NCBI GenBank assembly: GCA_009103225.1
Contig: RHPI01001132.1
Span: forward strand, 310,001 to 374,000
DNA: 64,000 nucleotides
Direction: 5' to 3'
DNA from: Chlorokybus atmophyticus
Taxonomy: Eukaryota; Plantae; Mesostigma and Chlorokybus algae
Shown in pieces: positions 23,254 to 36,224 of the stretch. The notes below the pieces were generated by a model, which saw only the letters and a list, made by a program, of their open reading frames with translations, made no database searches and was not told the DNA's origin. Both the position numbers and the translations under genes were made by a program. Position 1 is the first letter of the stretch; the number at the start of each line of letters is the position of its first letter.

Positions 23254-25803
23254 CTACTGGATCAGCAGGTACGCTTCGGGCACAATCTTGCAGCGCCGGC
23301 GCCTGCCCTTGCCATTCTCCCCTTGCTTGCCCTCGCCATTGCTGTTGTTATGTTGCGCGTTGTTGTTGTTGCTGCTGGTGGTGTTGTCGGTGTCTTCGAG
23401 GATGCGTGTCCACTCCACGCCGCTGCACTCGCGCATGACTAGACTCATAAGCTCCTTGCAGTTGGCCAGCACGCCATTCACGCCCGCCTCCGTTATGCGC
23501 TCGCACTTGCTTACGTTCAACACCTTCAACTGCGCACACAAACATACCCCGCACATGAGCACACACCCACACCCACACCCACACCCACAGACAGGCGTGC
23601 GCATGCGCATGCACATGCACATGCACACGTGCACATAGGCACACACACGCGCACGCACACGCGCACGCGCACGCGCACGCAAGCACGCGCAGCAAAATGC
23701 ATGTTCCGCAGCTGACATGTGAGAGTTGGATTGCATCACGTGTGTATCATCTTCCTACCTCTTTGCAGCCCGCAGCGAGGGCGCGTAGGCCCGCGTCCGT
23801 GAGCGTGTGCATTGCGTTGGACACGTCGAGTTTGCGCAGGCGGGGGCAATGAGCGCTGAGGGCGTTGGCGACGGTGTCCGCATTCACGGGTGGTGGGATG
23901 TTGTTGTTGTTATTGGCAACATTTGCCTCACCGGGATGGTACGCGCGCAGACGAAGTATCCGCAGATTGGCACCCCGCGCGCGCAACAACGAGGACACGC
24001 CCTCTGCGGTGATATCACTGCCAGCACAACAGGTATCAGTTTCTTCAGACCCTCAGATACGCACGCACACATGCACGCAGACACAAATACATACACACAG
24101 ACAAGCACACACGCGCGCGCGCATACATACACACCAAAATCCACCCACCCACCCACACGCACACCCACACGCACACGCACACGCACTGCCTTCACGCAAC
24201 AACACAACGACCACATCAAGACTGAGCACTTACATCACACAAGTCACGCCCCCCTCCCCCACACTTGTCCAAGCAACCATCCCACTTCACTCATGTCCTA
24301 CCCGCAAAAGTCCAGCACAAGATGTTTCAGCTTCACGTCTCTGCTCTCTGCCATCGCCACGAGTCCGATATCCGTGACTCCATTCAGCCGATTCATCAAT
24401 GTCGACGCGCCCGACACGTCCAACGACGTGAGCGCGTGGCCGCCGTGCCACGCGATTGATTTCAGTGAAGCGTCGCAAGCGAGAGAACCCTCCGTTAAGT
24501 TTAAGTCGTGGAGGTCGGGACAACCGGATAAGGCGCACGCGAGACCGTGAGGCTCGCCATCTCCTGCACGTGCGTGTAGGTGAGCGTGTTTGTTTATTTG
24601 TGTGCCTGCGTGCGAGCGTGCATGTGTACATGCACGGATGTATGTGTGTATGCGTATACGTGTGTATGTACTCGCGTATGTGGGCATGCACATATATGCA
24701 ACCGTGTATCTGCGTGTGTACGTGCATCTGGTTATGTACGTGAGGCTGCCTGATGTGCATCGTATGCCTGTGTGCATATCAATGTGTGTGTAGGTGCGTA
24801 CTTCCGTGTGTATATGTATGCATGTGTGCGTGTGTATGCATACACACTGCATTGAGACAACAACCCACTCACTTAGTGCGCATCTGCATCCCGGCCTCCC
24901 CTCTCCCTTCACAACCATCCCTCCGACATGCAGTACTCGCAGTCGCTTGAGCCTGGCGCCGATATCACACAGGAGTCCCGTGTCCACGCCGCCCGCGCAA
25001 CCGTGTAGACGCAACGATTCAAGCATTGGACAACCGTGCACGAGCGCGCGCAAACCGGACGCGGGAACTGCGTGTGTTGGTGATGTGGGTGTGGGTGGGG
25101 GTGGGGGTGGGGGTGAGGGTGGGGTTACCTGCTGTGTGTTCGGCGGTGAACCACTGGAGTTGTTTGCAGTAGAGTGATGCTTGCAAGAGGGCTGCGCCCA
25201 ATCCTGCGATGGAGGTACCACTCAGTGCGTGTGCGTGCGTGTGCGTGTGCGTGTGCGTGTGCGTGTGTGGGTGGGTGTGAGTGTGGGTGTGTGGGTGTGT
25301 GCGTGTGTGTGCGCGCGCGCGCGTTACGACAACCGACCTTTTGGTGTGCCCGATATAGTGAGCTCTCTTAGATCGCTGAAGTCGTTTGCACGGTCCTTCA
25401 GCCTCCACGCGCTACAAGCAAGCAGCTGTTGACACACAGGCACATACATACACTCGCACGCACCCACGCACACACAGATACGCACTCTCTGCATGCACAC
25501 ACGACGCTCACTCTGTGGTGAGGGAGAGGGAGGTGCGGCTGCTGCGTTCTGCACGGCGCCATGCTCGGCACACGAGTGAGGCGGCGGCGCGGTCCTTGGT
25601 GGGCAGGAACCTGAGGATGTAGCTCTGCACCTCCGTAGGGAGCTTCATAGCGGCGGCGGCAGACAGTGAGTCAGCATGCACATAGTCACATGCAGACAAC
25701 TGTCTGTGGGTGTGTGCCTTACATCACTGATAGACAGCTGCGGCAACGCCAGCACCGCAGACGGCAATAGACCGCTCCTCTGCCTGATATTCCTCTTTGA
25801 CAT
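23254..25803 (-). CDS. F-box/LRR-repeat protein (FBXL/AMN1-type cysteine-containing LRRs)
   Basis: Spliced model MSKRN...LSISD|LPTEVQSYILRFLPTKDRAAASLVCRAWRR is an F-box. It is followed by LRRs such as GCPMLESLRLHGC, GCPDLHDLNLT, HCPRLRKLDVSNAMHTLTDAGLRALAAGCKE|LKVLNVSKCERITEAGV. Confidence 0.9.
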
Positions 25804-26094
25804 GGTCCCCTTCCTCCTTCTCCTCCTCCTCCTCCTCCTCCTCCTCCGCCTGCGCCTTCACCGCCGCCGCCGCCGCCGCCAATTTTCAAAAAATTGCGCC
25901 ACTTGTGCACGGCGGACGATATCAACACCGCCATCAGCAATTTGGACAATGTCACAGATATCGATACAGTTTGAACGGCGCGGCCCTTCCCGCCTCTTGT
26001 GTTTAACGAGCGGCAGCCACTCAACATGCTAGTGGCCTAACGGCGCAAACCGTTTGCCATTTGCAACATGGCTTACCGCATCCAATTTGCATGT

Positions 26095-26117
26095 CACGTG
26101 ATATATATATATATATA
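26095..26117. promoter_or_regulatory. G-box (CACGTG) abutting an (AT)8 TATA-like tract between the divergent F-box and HIT genes
   Basis: CACGTGATATATATATATATATA read directly, between the ATGs at 25803 (-) and 26212 (+). Confidence 0.5.
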
Positions 26118-26211
26118 GCCTAGCTGTATGCGGTAGCTTGGGGAACTGCTAACGGCCTGGCGGCGGTGGCGGTGGCGGCGGAGGAGGAGGAGGAGGAGGA
26201 GGAGGTACGAT

Positions 26212-26862
26212 ATGGAGGAAGGGTGGGATCTGTGGCCTCAGCTGGCGGCGGGTAAGGTGTCGGTGGCGCGATGGCCGCTGTGCGAGGTGCTGCTGTGCGA
26301 TGACAAGGGGTTCCCCTGGCTGGTGCTTGTGCCCAGAAGGGCGGGTGTCACTGAGCTTCATCACCTCAGCACTGAAGACCAGGTGAGTGTGTATGTGGTG
26401 TGAACTTGCTGTGTGGCGGTGGCAACATGTGTTTGATGCAATCGCTGTGCAGGTGGTACTCATGGGTGAGATCTGCACGGCTTCTCGGGTGATGGAGAAA
26501 ATCTACAAGCCAACGAAGGTCAATGTGGGTATGCTCGGCAACATTGTAAGTGATGATGTTGCGTGTGTAATGCACACACACATCCTTCAACTGCGGAGTG
26601 AAGCAGCATGTTTACACATGCAATGCAAACACGCACACTCGACCGTTATGCATGAATTCAAGTGAATTGACTGTCCAATCTACGGCCTACTTGCATGCAG
26701 GTGGCTCAGCTGCACATACACATGATAGCAAGGTTCGAGTCAGATGCAGCGTGGCCGGGTCCCGTATGGGGCAAGTGCTCTGCGCAGCTGTATGACCCCG
26801 CTGCACTGCAAGATGAGATACAGCGATTGAGAGATGCATTTGCAACATGTCACGAACTGTGA
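26212..26862 (+). CDS. HIT-family protein of the bacterial type (exons 26212-26382, 26453-26545, 26701-26862; 141 aa)
   Basis: MEEGWDLWPQLAAG...[37 protein letters not shown]|...[34 protein letters not shown]. This matches the recalled PWLxLVPRR, LGNxVxQLHxHxIARFxxDxAWPxPVWG signature. Confidence 0.9.
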
Positions 26863-27097
26863 CTGACAATGCAGAAGTTGCAGCATTTGAGAATGTCGTG
26901 TTCACATTGTACATGGCTTATTGAGAAGTCAACGTTAACCCTACAAAACCAATCACCTACACTGTGAGTCTGCACGTACAGTGCTTTACACTACCTGTGC
27001 ACATCAGTCTGCGCATAAACCTAGCTCATCTTCCCAAATCACACAAAACTAATCCACGTAGCAGCACTAGCAGCATTGCCTAAAGCTCACTCACAAG

Positions 27098-30000
27098 TCA
27101 CCCCTGCCCATCTGTGAGGGCAGGAGAGAGTGGCTCGTGTTGTTGTTCCTGTTGCGTGTCTTCATGTAACGGGGGACGTTTTTGGTGTCCGTTGAGGCCG
27201 GCAACATTCTCAAGCATGGCCAACGCCTTGTGTGTGGAACTATTGTGTGCGGACGCGAGCTTGTTGATGTGGTGCACCTTGAGGAACCGCGCAAAGAAGA
27301 ACACGTTCTCCACGATATTATCGCGCAGGCGTGGCCACATCTGCATAAACGCCGCGTAGCTCTCCATGCTGAACTCCTCCAGCGGGTCCAACTCGCCATA
27401 CGCACGGATGCTCGCGGTGTTTCGCAACCGTGACATCATCTCCAAATGATGGGACCACGCCTCATTCGTACAGTCTGATGGCGCAAAGCACTGGACACAA
27501 ATACACGACATTGCACATGAGAGTGTGGCCCAGTCTCTAACACCAGCGACAGCATCTGATGTATTACTTGTGAAACAGGCAAGTGCAGATGGCATAAGCA
27601 AAAACGTACCTCAAAGTCTCCTACTGAGTTGAATTCATACTCGTCAGCAGCTTTCAGGTACATAATGAGTTGCTCATACTCGTGCGCAACAGCTTCTCCC
27701 AGAAAGGTGCGCAGGCGCTCTAAATCTACAGCCCATTTGCCCGACCTGCGCACAGAAGTAATCAGCAGTGTAAAACATTCAGAGAGTGGCAAACCCACAC
27801 ATATTGNNNNNNNNNNNNNNNNNNNNNNNNNNNNNNNNNNNNNNNNNNNNNNNNNNNNNNNNNNNNNNNNNNNNNNNNNNNNNNNNNNNNNNNNNNNNNN
27901 NNNNNNNNNNNNNNNNNNNNNNNNNNNNNNNNNNNNNNNNNNNNNNNNNNNNNNNNNNNNNNNNNNNNNNNNNNNNNNNNNNNNCCAGGTCCCCCGCCCC
28001 CCTCTTCTCATAATAACATACGACCCACCCTAAGGAATGCTGCTCTCTGTACGATGTGCGGTGTTGCAAGAGCTCCCTTTCCACTTCGGTTGCATCCTTC
28101 GGCAGCGTTGTGAACTCCCCACAAGCAACTCGCCGCTTGCTCTCGTAAGACCAGTCAAACCACGTCCGTGCCCGAGACCCAAGCTCCAACCGCTGCTGCA
28201 ACTCTTCCACGCTGATTATTGGTATCCACGTGCGATTCCCTGTGCGCACACACACACCATACGCTTAGCCATCCCAACACACGCACGCTGTGTTCGATTC
28301 GTGTGCAACAGTTTGCGCACGTTTGTTGTCCTCGTTGCTGATATCCGCCACGCAGAAGATTGTGCCATTGCGAAGGATAGAGTTCGTGCTGCCGATATCC
28401 GCCACAGATACAAGAACCCTTGCGAGGTCCCATTGGCTCGGGTGTGTGCGCGCAGATGCGTGCTGGACAACAATCTCATCAACACCCTGCTGCATGAACC
28501 TGTACAGCCGTGCGCGCCGCGACACTTCATCATCGAGCAGATTGGCTTCACGTAACTGATAGATCTGGCGCCGATGAACCTGTCACAAGCAATGGTCAAC
28601 ACACAAAATACGAATGACAAACATCAGGTACACATCTCAATTGCAACGGTTGTAAGGGATGGCAACTTACATCCAACACAAGGTCATGCTCATAATTGCG
28701 CTGCCGATCTTGCCGGTACCAAGCTTCCCATTTGGACTGGACATTTGTCAGCTGCAGCACGCACACAATGCAAGGTCAGCTACAGCTCACATGAGAGGTG
28801 TCGTACGGAGTAGCAAGCAGTCGGGTATGCAACCTGAGCTTCCAGGATCGGGAGACTGACAGCATCGTCCTTGATTAAGCCACCCACCATGGTTGGCATC
28901 GCCTTGGGCAATGCATTGATGACTACCTCATCTTCCATGCTGCTCAGATTGGATATCAAAAACCACATGTTAACCCGCAGCTGACTCACAGCCTCATGGC
29001 AGCAACACATGCACATACGCACGCACATACACACGGTGGAGGACTAGTACCTGATCAGAAAGTGTGTAGATCCAGGATCACCCTGACGTCCTGCTCTTCC
29101 CCGCAGCTACATGAAGCCCAGGATTGAGTTCATGGTTCGTTTAATGAGATACAATTCACGCAATTGGCACGCAGACCCTTTGCATCTCACACACCTGGTT
29201 GTCAATGCGACGCGAGTGTTGCAACTCAGTGCCAAGCACATGCAGGCCACCCATGTCTAAAACAGACTGCTGATCCCGTTGGCAGCGGGCGCGGTACTTC
29301 TGCAAAGTCAATACACAAGCTTCAATCACAGATGCAAGCACAAACATAAGGATTCCAGAAGATAATCAGCATGCAATGCTTTGCAGAAAGCACCAAGACA
29401 AGACACCAAAGGGCACCTGTAGCAGCATTCGGTATGCAGCCACCACGTCAGGAGTGGTTTCCAACAGATACTGCAGATCCAGTGTTCTTTTCTTCACATC
29501 CACCCAGGCCCGATTGGCCTCATCACTCAATCTGAAGTCTATGATGACTGTCGTGCACGTTGAGTCAGAGTTGTGCACACCAACTTGATGACCAAAAAGC
29601 GCTGTGCTCGTCATTGAGTCGTAATACCTGTTTTCTTAGCTCGCTCGAGCAGCGCCGAGCATGCATACAACATGCGCGCATCATCCGCATCAATCTGCTC
29701 GTCCACACCAAGCTGCGCGCCAAAAATGACATTGCGCAGCTCCCAGTAGAGCAGCTTCCGAGCCAGACCCTGTCATTGACAAGGAACACGAGTTACAGGC
29801 GAGCAATCATAGCAAGCATTGATTGTCTGTTGCAGGCCATACCTCTGGATTGCCGCCAAGGATAATGTCCGTTCCCCTGCCGGCCATGTTGGTGGCAATC
29901 GTGACCGCACCAGGGCGGCCAGCCTGAGCAATAATCTCCGCCTCCCTTGCCATATTCTGCCGAATGCATCACCAGTCACCACACCGTTGAAAACAGATTG

Positions 30001-33000
30001 CCAGGATGCAAACACTATATGTCAAGTCCACGGGCACGAGTGCTGCTAACTGTGATGGTGCAATGATGATGAGGCCAGCCCTGTCCAAAGGAGATTAAGA
30101 CTTGTCACTGGCGAGCTCACCTCTGGCAGGGCATTGAGCACCTTGTGAGGAATACCCGCCCATCGAAGTTTCTTTGACAGCAGCATTGAGTCTGCAACAC
30201 TGGAGCCAACAACAACGAGAGATGTCATCAACAGGAACTAATATACAAGAGTATGCAAGTTATATTTGTAATGGCGTAATAAAGCACGCAGCACTCATGA
30301 ATGTCAAATGCTCATTTCAGTAACCTGCAAGTGTGACTGCAGCACATGTGTTCAAAAGCGGCCCTTACCTGGCAGTGCCAACCAGCACCGGACGGCCTTC
30401 GTCATGAATGTCCGTTACTTCCTTTATAACACCCCGCCACTTTCCTTCGCGCAACTGTCATGTGCACTTCATGTTATATGTCCGGACACGAGTGCACCGG
30501 ACAGTCCAGTAAGGTAACAGTGCCAAAACAGCAAGCATACCGCAAAGACATGTGTGGGCAAGTCTATGCGACGGTTAGGCTTGTTGGTTGGAATTTGGAC
30601 AACTTCCAACCCATACACAGTGCGTAGCTCTTGTTCCTGAGTATAACCATCAGTCAGTCGTAAGCAAGACCGATAGTGCCATGGCAAACAGTTCAACAGT
30701 ACAACCAGATTCCCACCTCAGTGCTAGCAGTGCCTGTCATCCCACACAGTTTTGTGTACTCGCGGAACAGAACTTGATGTGTTATGGCTGCCGAAGTCTT
30801 TGAGGTGTTCTACAGAGCGCAGAACGCTTGTTGAGAGATAAAGCACCAAGATTACAAGCAAGCAGACCTGCTAAGCTTCGCTGTTAACCTACCCGAATCT
30901 TCAAGCCCTCCTTTGCTTCTATTGCAGCATGAAGGCCCTCATTATAGCGCCGACCGGGTTCAGCACGTCCGGTATTCTGCAGAGACACACTAGTTCGGCG
31001 TTAGCCAACAACATGTCCACGAACTTGTCCACATGTGCTTCAGATAACTATGCAACAACATGCCACAGACTCGTCACAAGCGCGGGATAATGCAGCCAGG
31101 AAGGCAACTTGCACGACTGATGTGTACACGCACGCACACGCATGCATACATGCACACAGAGCTCTGCTTTGGAGCTGGTGACTACAACAGAATGCCGCAT
31201 CAGGGCTGGCAACATAGCCAATTGCGTACCGCATTGATGATCTGAACTTGGCCGTCTTGCACAATGTAATCAATGTCCTTACGGTAGCAACTCTGAGCTC
31301 TCAATGCTGCTATAATGTACCTGTGTAACATATGAAATTGCTTTCTTTAGCACACCATATGCATGTGTTTGAATCCGCATTCTAATGCGACACCAGCCAA
31401 AGCCATCTGAGCATTGTTGTGCAGACGCACGAAAGCATACTTTGCCCATGAGTCTGACTGCGACCAGAGATCTTCGCCTTGAGGCAAGCACAGCAACCGC
31501 TCCGCTGTGTGCATGCCCCTGTCTAGCAATTCCACATGTTTCTTCGATAGGTCATAAGTATAATCAACTTCCTGCTTGTCACAACGGCAAGTGAGTCTGA
31601 AATCCTGCTAAGCCAACACACAACACTGGCTGGCCTACACTCTTCACAGCAATGCTTACGTCGATTGTATCGAGATCCATTTCATCCATTGCACCCTCCG
31701 GGTGTTGCGGTCTCCCTTTGAATTGATTTACAAGATTGCACGCCTGCTCAACTTTGGTTTGCACGTCAGTGCCCTGTGCACAGACGCGTGTCATCGGTGT
31801 GCGAATAAAGCCAACTCAAGCAAAAGGCAAGTGTACCTGAACGCTAATTAGCATGGGGTCTTTGCTGTCATCAATCAAGATGGAGTCCACCTCATCGACT
31901 AACGCATAATGGAACTTGCAGTTCCTATAGCAACAGAGCAGCAGCTTAAAAAGTCAACCAACTGCATGGCTACACTGAGTAAAACAAGGATAAGGCATGG
32001 ACAAGGCAATGTGACTGCAGAGCATTGAACTTTGTTGGTTTCTTAAATGCTTGAAAGTGCGGGACATCTCACCTACGTAGCACAAGCTCGGTTGGAAACC
32101 TTCCCAAGTTATCGCGCAGGAAGTCGAACCCCAGTTCCTGCACTCAAAGCTAGCTTGAGTCCTAAACTTGAGGCTTTGACTGTCAACTCAACATATTGTA
32201 CTACAAACAGTGTGAACGAACATACCATGGCTGTCCCATAAGTGACATCCTTCGCATAGGCCGCTTGTCGCTCTTCTGCCGTAAGTGTACTCTGTGCCAA
32301 GCAACCACAGAGTAAGCATCCATGTGCGTGAAGTCATGCAGCTCTCATATGAACATATTGGCTGGGCTTGATACCTTCAGTAAGCCAACCGATACACCTA
32401 GAAACTCAAAAATTGCACCCATCCAGTCCGAATCCCGCTCGGCAAGATACTCATTCACGGTCAGGACGTGCACGCCAAGTCCCATCAAAGAGTTCAAATA
32501 AGCTGGCAGAGTGGCGACAAGAGTTTTGCCTTCTCCAGTGCACATCTCAGCAACACGTCCATCATGTAAAACGGCTCCACCCATAATCTGGATGAGGGTA
32601 GAAGCCAGCAAGATTGTATAACTTACGAGGAAGAAGCAATGCCTGAAGTTTCTGCACTGTAGACAAGGTGTAGAGATACATACCTGCACGTCAAAGTGTC
32701 GCATGCGTCGCACTCGCCACGATGCTTCCCTGACTGCAGCAAAAGCCTCTGCCCAACACAAAAGCACGTCAGCCACTGCACTACGCAGCCTTCCACGCTG
32801 TCACGCTTTCTGCCTACCTGGCAACACACTGTCTAAAGTCTCTCCTGCTTGCACCCTCGAACGAAACTCATCTGTTTTCCCCCGCAGCTGCAATTGAGAC
32901 AGTCATCGTTTGTGAGAACAAGTTGGATAGCAATGACATGAAGTACATCTCTGTGCATGGCATGCTTAATCATGCAAACTACCTCGGTGTCTGAGAGTGA

Positions 33001-34765
33001 CTTCATATGTTCTTCCCACGCATTGACTTGACGCACAACTGACCAGTAATGACCCATGACGGTCCTGGTTCTGCGTGTGGAATTCCTGTGCAAAGGCGTC
33101 CACTGTCAAGTCCCGTGCATTTGAGAGTTTGGCAGCCACACAAAAGCAAACCTGGGCGCAGATCTGTGCGACGTGCTGGCTCCATCAGAAGTCCTGTCTG
33201 GGCTCAGATTGTCTAATGCCTGCAAGCACAACACAGAACCTGAGTAATACCAAGACCAAGTGATACTTAACCAAAGCATAGAACAGCATTGTCAACCCTC
33301 CCTTGTGTAAGCATATGATTGGTTCTGTGGTGCACAGACTTGCCTGCTGAGCGTCTGCTGTACCATCGCTAACTCTACTTCTGCCAAGATCTTGCGCGCC
33401 GTTTCCTGCCTGTAGTTGATCTGCTACTGAAGCAAAACTATCCCTATGCCTGCTGCTGTGCTCATGCACGCCGTTCAAATGTGACATGCTGGCACCGTTT
33501 GGGCGAGAGTCAACTCCTTCGGTTACCTGCAATCACAAACCCCAGGGGTAAGGTTGACAACTTACAGGAACACATCACTTCCATGTACACACTTTTGTGT
33601 AATAAACATGTACTTGCCTGATGGTTGTCTGCATGATCGGACAAACTTGGAGCTAAGGTGTTAGCACCACCGTTTCTTTCATCACGAGGCAGATCGTTGC
33701 GTCCCGCAGCCTGCACACAATGAGTAACATGTAATCAGATTATTGATTTGCCAATCAGGTAGAGCCCACAGATGTGCACAACTGGCGACAACACAGACAC
33801 TGTCTAGGTGACATCTGACTTGAGACCATAGACCATAGAGACAGCTGACTTGAGACCATATCATCATGTTGAAATTGGTTATCGGGAATATTGTTGCCAA
33901 ACTATTTTTGCAAAACAACCTGAGGGCTTACCTCTTTTCACGACCTCTGGAATTGGCAAACATAACTGTCACAGCTCAACATGCTCTATACAGTAATCAT
34001 CAATACGCATTTCGGCAAGACCCATAAACCTGGCAGCAGCAGCCTGCTTGCCACAAGCTGTTTCAACGAACGGAGCACAGTTTAAGGTGCGGGCGCTAAC
34101 GCACTGGCTATTGATTAAGGAACAGAGTGCTTCTCACTTCGCAATATAGCCTCAACAGACACTACGGAAAGGAACGCAGGAAAACATAATCTTTCCCAAT
34201 GATAGACCAACATGATCTTGGGCGACAAGTTGCTTCGGTTGATCACACAAGTTGGAAACCAACCAGTACCTCTCAGCACATAGTTCAACTGTGTATGCAG
34301 GTGTGAACGTATGCACAAGTCACGAACATACAGGAGACTGTGTACAAACCACCTGCATGCAGTACTGCACACTGCTTTACGTCAGTAAGTCAAGCCTACG
34401 TTTCGTTGCATTGAATATCATCGATATTGAAACTGATCGACAACAGTCAGAATTGAACGAGTGAATTAATCCCACACGAGGCTTTACGCATACACATGCG
34501 GACTAGTCCTGATAATGTGTATACAACTTACGTCATGAGCACCATCCTCCGACGACGCAGCGTAGCACGCCAAACCAGGCCCGCGAGGACGCCTCCTCCG
34601 CTGGCGTGGTGAGAACGCTAGCGGCAGCGCTGGATGCTCCTGCAAGCTGCGCCTACCTGGATCTGCAGCGGTGCTGGCAGCAAGGCGCAACGTCTCCCCT
34701 CCCACCACCAAACTCGCCACCCCCGCCGTCGCCGCCATCGTTGCCTCTTTGGCGCCAAAAAGCAT
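27098..34765 (-). CDS. SECA2: Plastid preprotein translocase subunit SecA2 (many exons; alternative ATG at 34738)
   Basis: Exons carry [125 protein letters not shown] and [11 protein letters not shown]. The segment [11 protein letters not shown]...[11 protein letters not shown] resembles plant SECA2 rather than SECA1. Confidence 0.9.
27807..27984. other. Assembly gap (N run) inside SECA2
   Basis: Run of N. Confidence 1.
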
Positions 34766-34774
34766 GCCTGGCGT

Positions 34775-34782
34775 TAGGGTTT
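34775..34782. promoter_or_regulatory. Telo-box (TAGGGTTT) in the SECA2/DENR divergent spacer
   Basis: Motif read directly. Telo-boxes are known from plant translation-machinery gene promoters. Confidence 0.5.
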
Positions 34783-34896
34783 GATTGCGGGTTAGCTTGG
34801 CAGGCGGCGGCGGCGGCGGCGCAGGAGAAGGAGGAGCAGGGGGAGTAGGTGTTTGCGGGTGTGGTCGTAGTCGTGGTTGTGGTCGTCGTCCTGGTC

Positions 34897-36224
34897 ATGC
34901 CGTTGGTAGCGAAGAAGGTGCTGTACTGCGGGGTGTGCGGGTTGCCACCGGAATTCTGCGAGTTCGGCCCGGACTTTGAGAAGTGCAAGCCTTGGCTAAG
35001 GAAGCATGTGCCTGAGCTCTACCCGGAGCTGAGCACTAGCGGAGGAGGGGGAGGAGGCGATGGTGCCAGTAACGATGGCGGTGTGGCCAGGGACGGCGGT
35101 GCACTCCCTGCCACGTCTTTAGAAGAAAACCTGCGGGCTCTGTCGGTGAGTGGCAGCAGTAGTGTGCTCCCCTTCGTGCGCATGTCATTGCTTTTGTTGC
35201 AGTCCGTGTTTGGACCGGCAGGCGTCTGTGCCGCGTGCTCAATTATATACTTGAAGAATGCTTGCACTCTACGTCTGCCGATCAGAATGTGCATGCATGC
35301 AGGTGTAGAATGGTTCTCTCGTTTTTGAAAGCTGACTTGCTGCAACAGTTAATAGGTCAAGCTACAGCAAGTGCATTATATGAGCAGTGCATGAGCATTG
35401 TTTCTCGCAGTAAAAGCCTGCATTGCAGCAGCAAAGCCTTGGAAGCCTGCCGCTTTGCTGCTGCAATGCAGTAATGAGGTCTGTAGCAAAATGCTTACAT
35501 GCGGGAGAGATATTTTGTCAGCTACATCTGTCAGCCTGCCAACCTAGCTCTGAGTACTGCAGTTCTGTGTGGTGCATGGTTGGTGGCTGAGTGGTGTGCA
35601 ATGCTGTGCAGGTTGCTGATGGCAAGCCATCCAGTAGCGGCAAGGATGCAGACTCAGATGTTATACGATTGCCGGGAGGCAAAGTTAAAAAGAAAGAGGC
35701 GCCTGAAGTGGTCATCGAAATCGTCACGCGCAACAAGCGCAAGCATGTCACTGTTGTGAAAGGGCTGGACGGGTTTGGCGTAAAGCTGGTGCGTGCGAGT
35801 TGATTGCCTTCAACACTTGCATACTAACACGCAAGTGCTGAACAAGCGTGTTAGTATGCAAGTGTGGTAGAAAGCAGGTGTTTGATGCGCGCTTCCAACA
35901 TGTGCAAGTTATGATGCGTGTGTTGGCAGCACATCACGTGAGTATGGGTTTTGTTGCTTATGTTGCTGTAGTCATTGTTGTTAGCTAGTCGCACTTATCG
36001 CACTGGGTGCACACAAATTGCAGAGTGATGCGGCGAAGAAGTTTGGGAAGAAGTTTGCGTGCGGGGCATCTGTGGTGAAAGATGCCACTGGCAAGGACCA
36101 GATTGACGTGCAAGGAGACTATCTGGTCGACATAACAGAGTTCATCGTAGAGACGTGGAAGAGCGTGCCCGATAGTGCTATGTATTGGGTAGAAAACGGG
36201 CGCAAGGAGAAGGCTGAACTCTAG
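34897..36224 (+). CDS. DENR: Density-regulated protein / translation machinery-associated protein 22 (SUI1 domain); exons 34897-35145, 35612-35788, 36024-36224
   Basis: VLYCGVCGLPPEFCEFGPDFEKCKPW, RLPGGKVKKKE, RNKRKHVTVVKGLDGFGVKL|SDAAKKFGKKFACGASVVK...IDVQGD. Confidence 0.95.
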
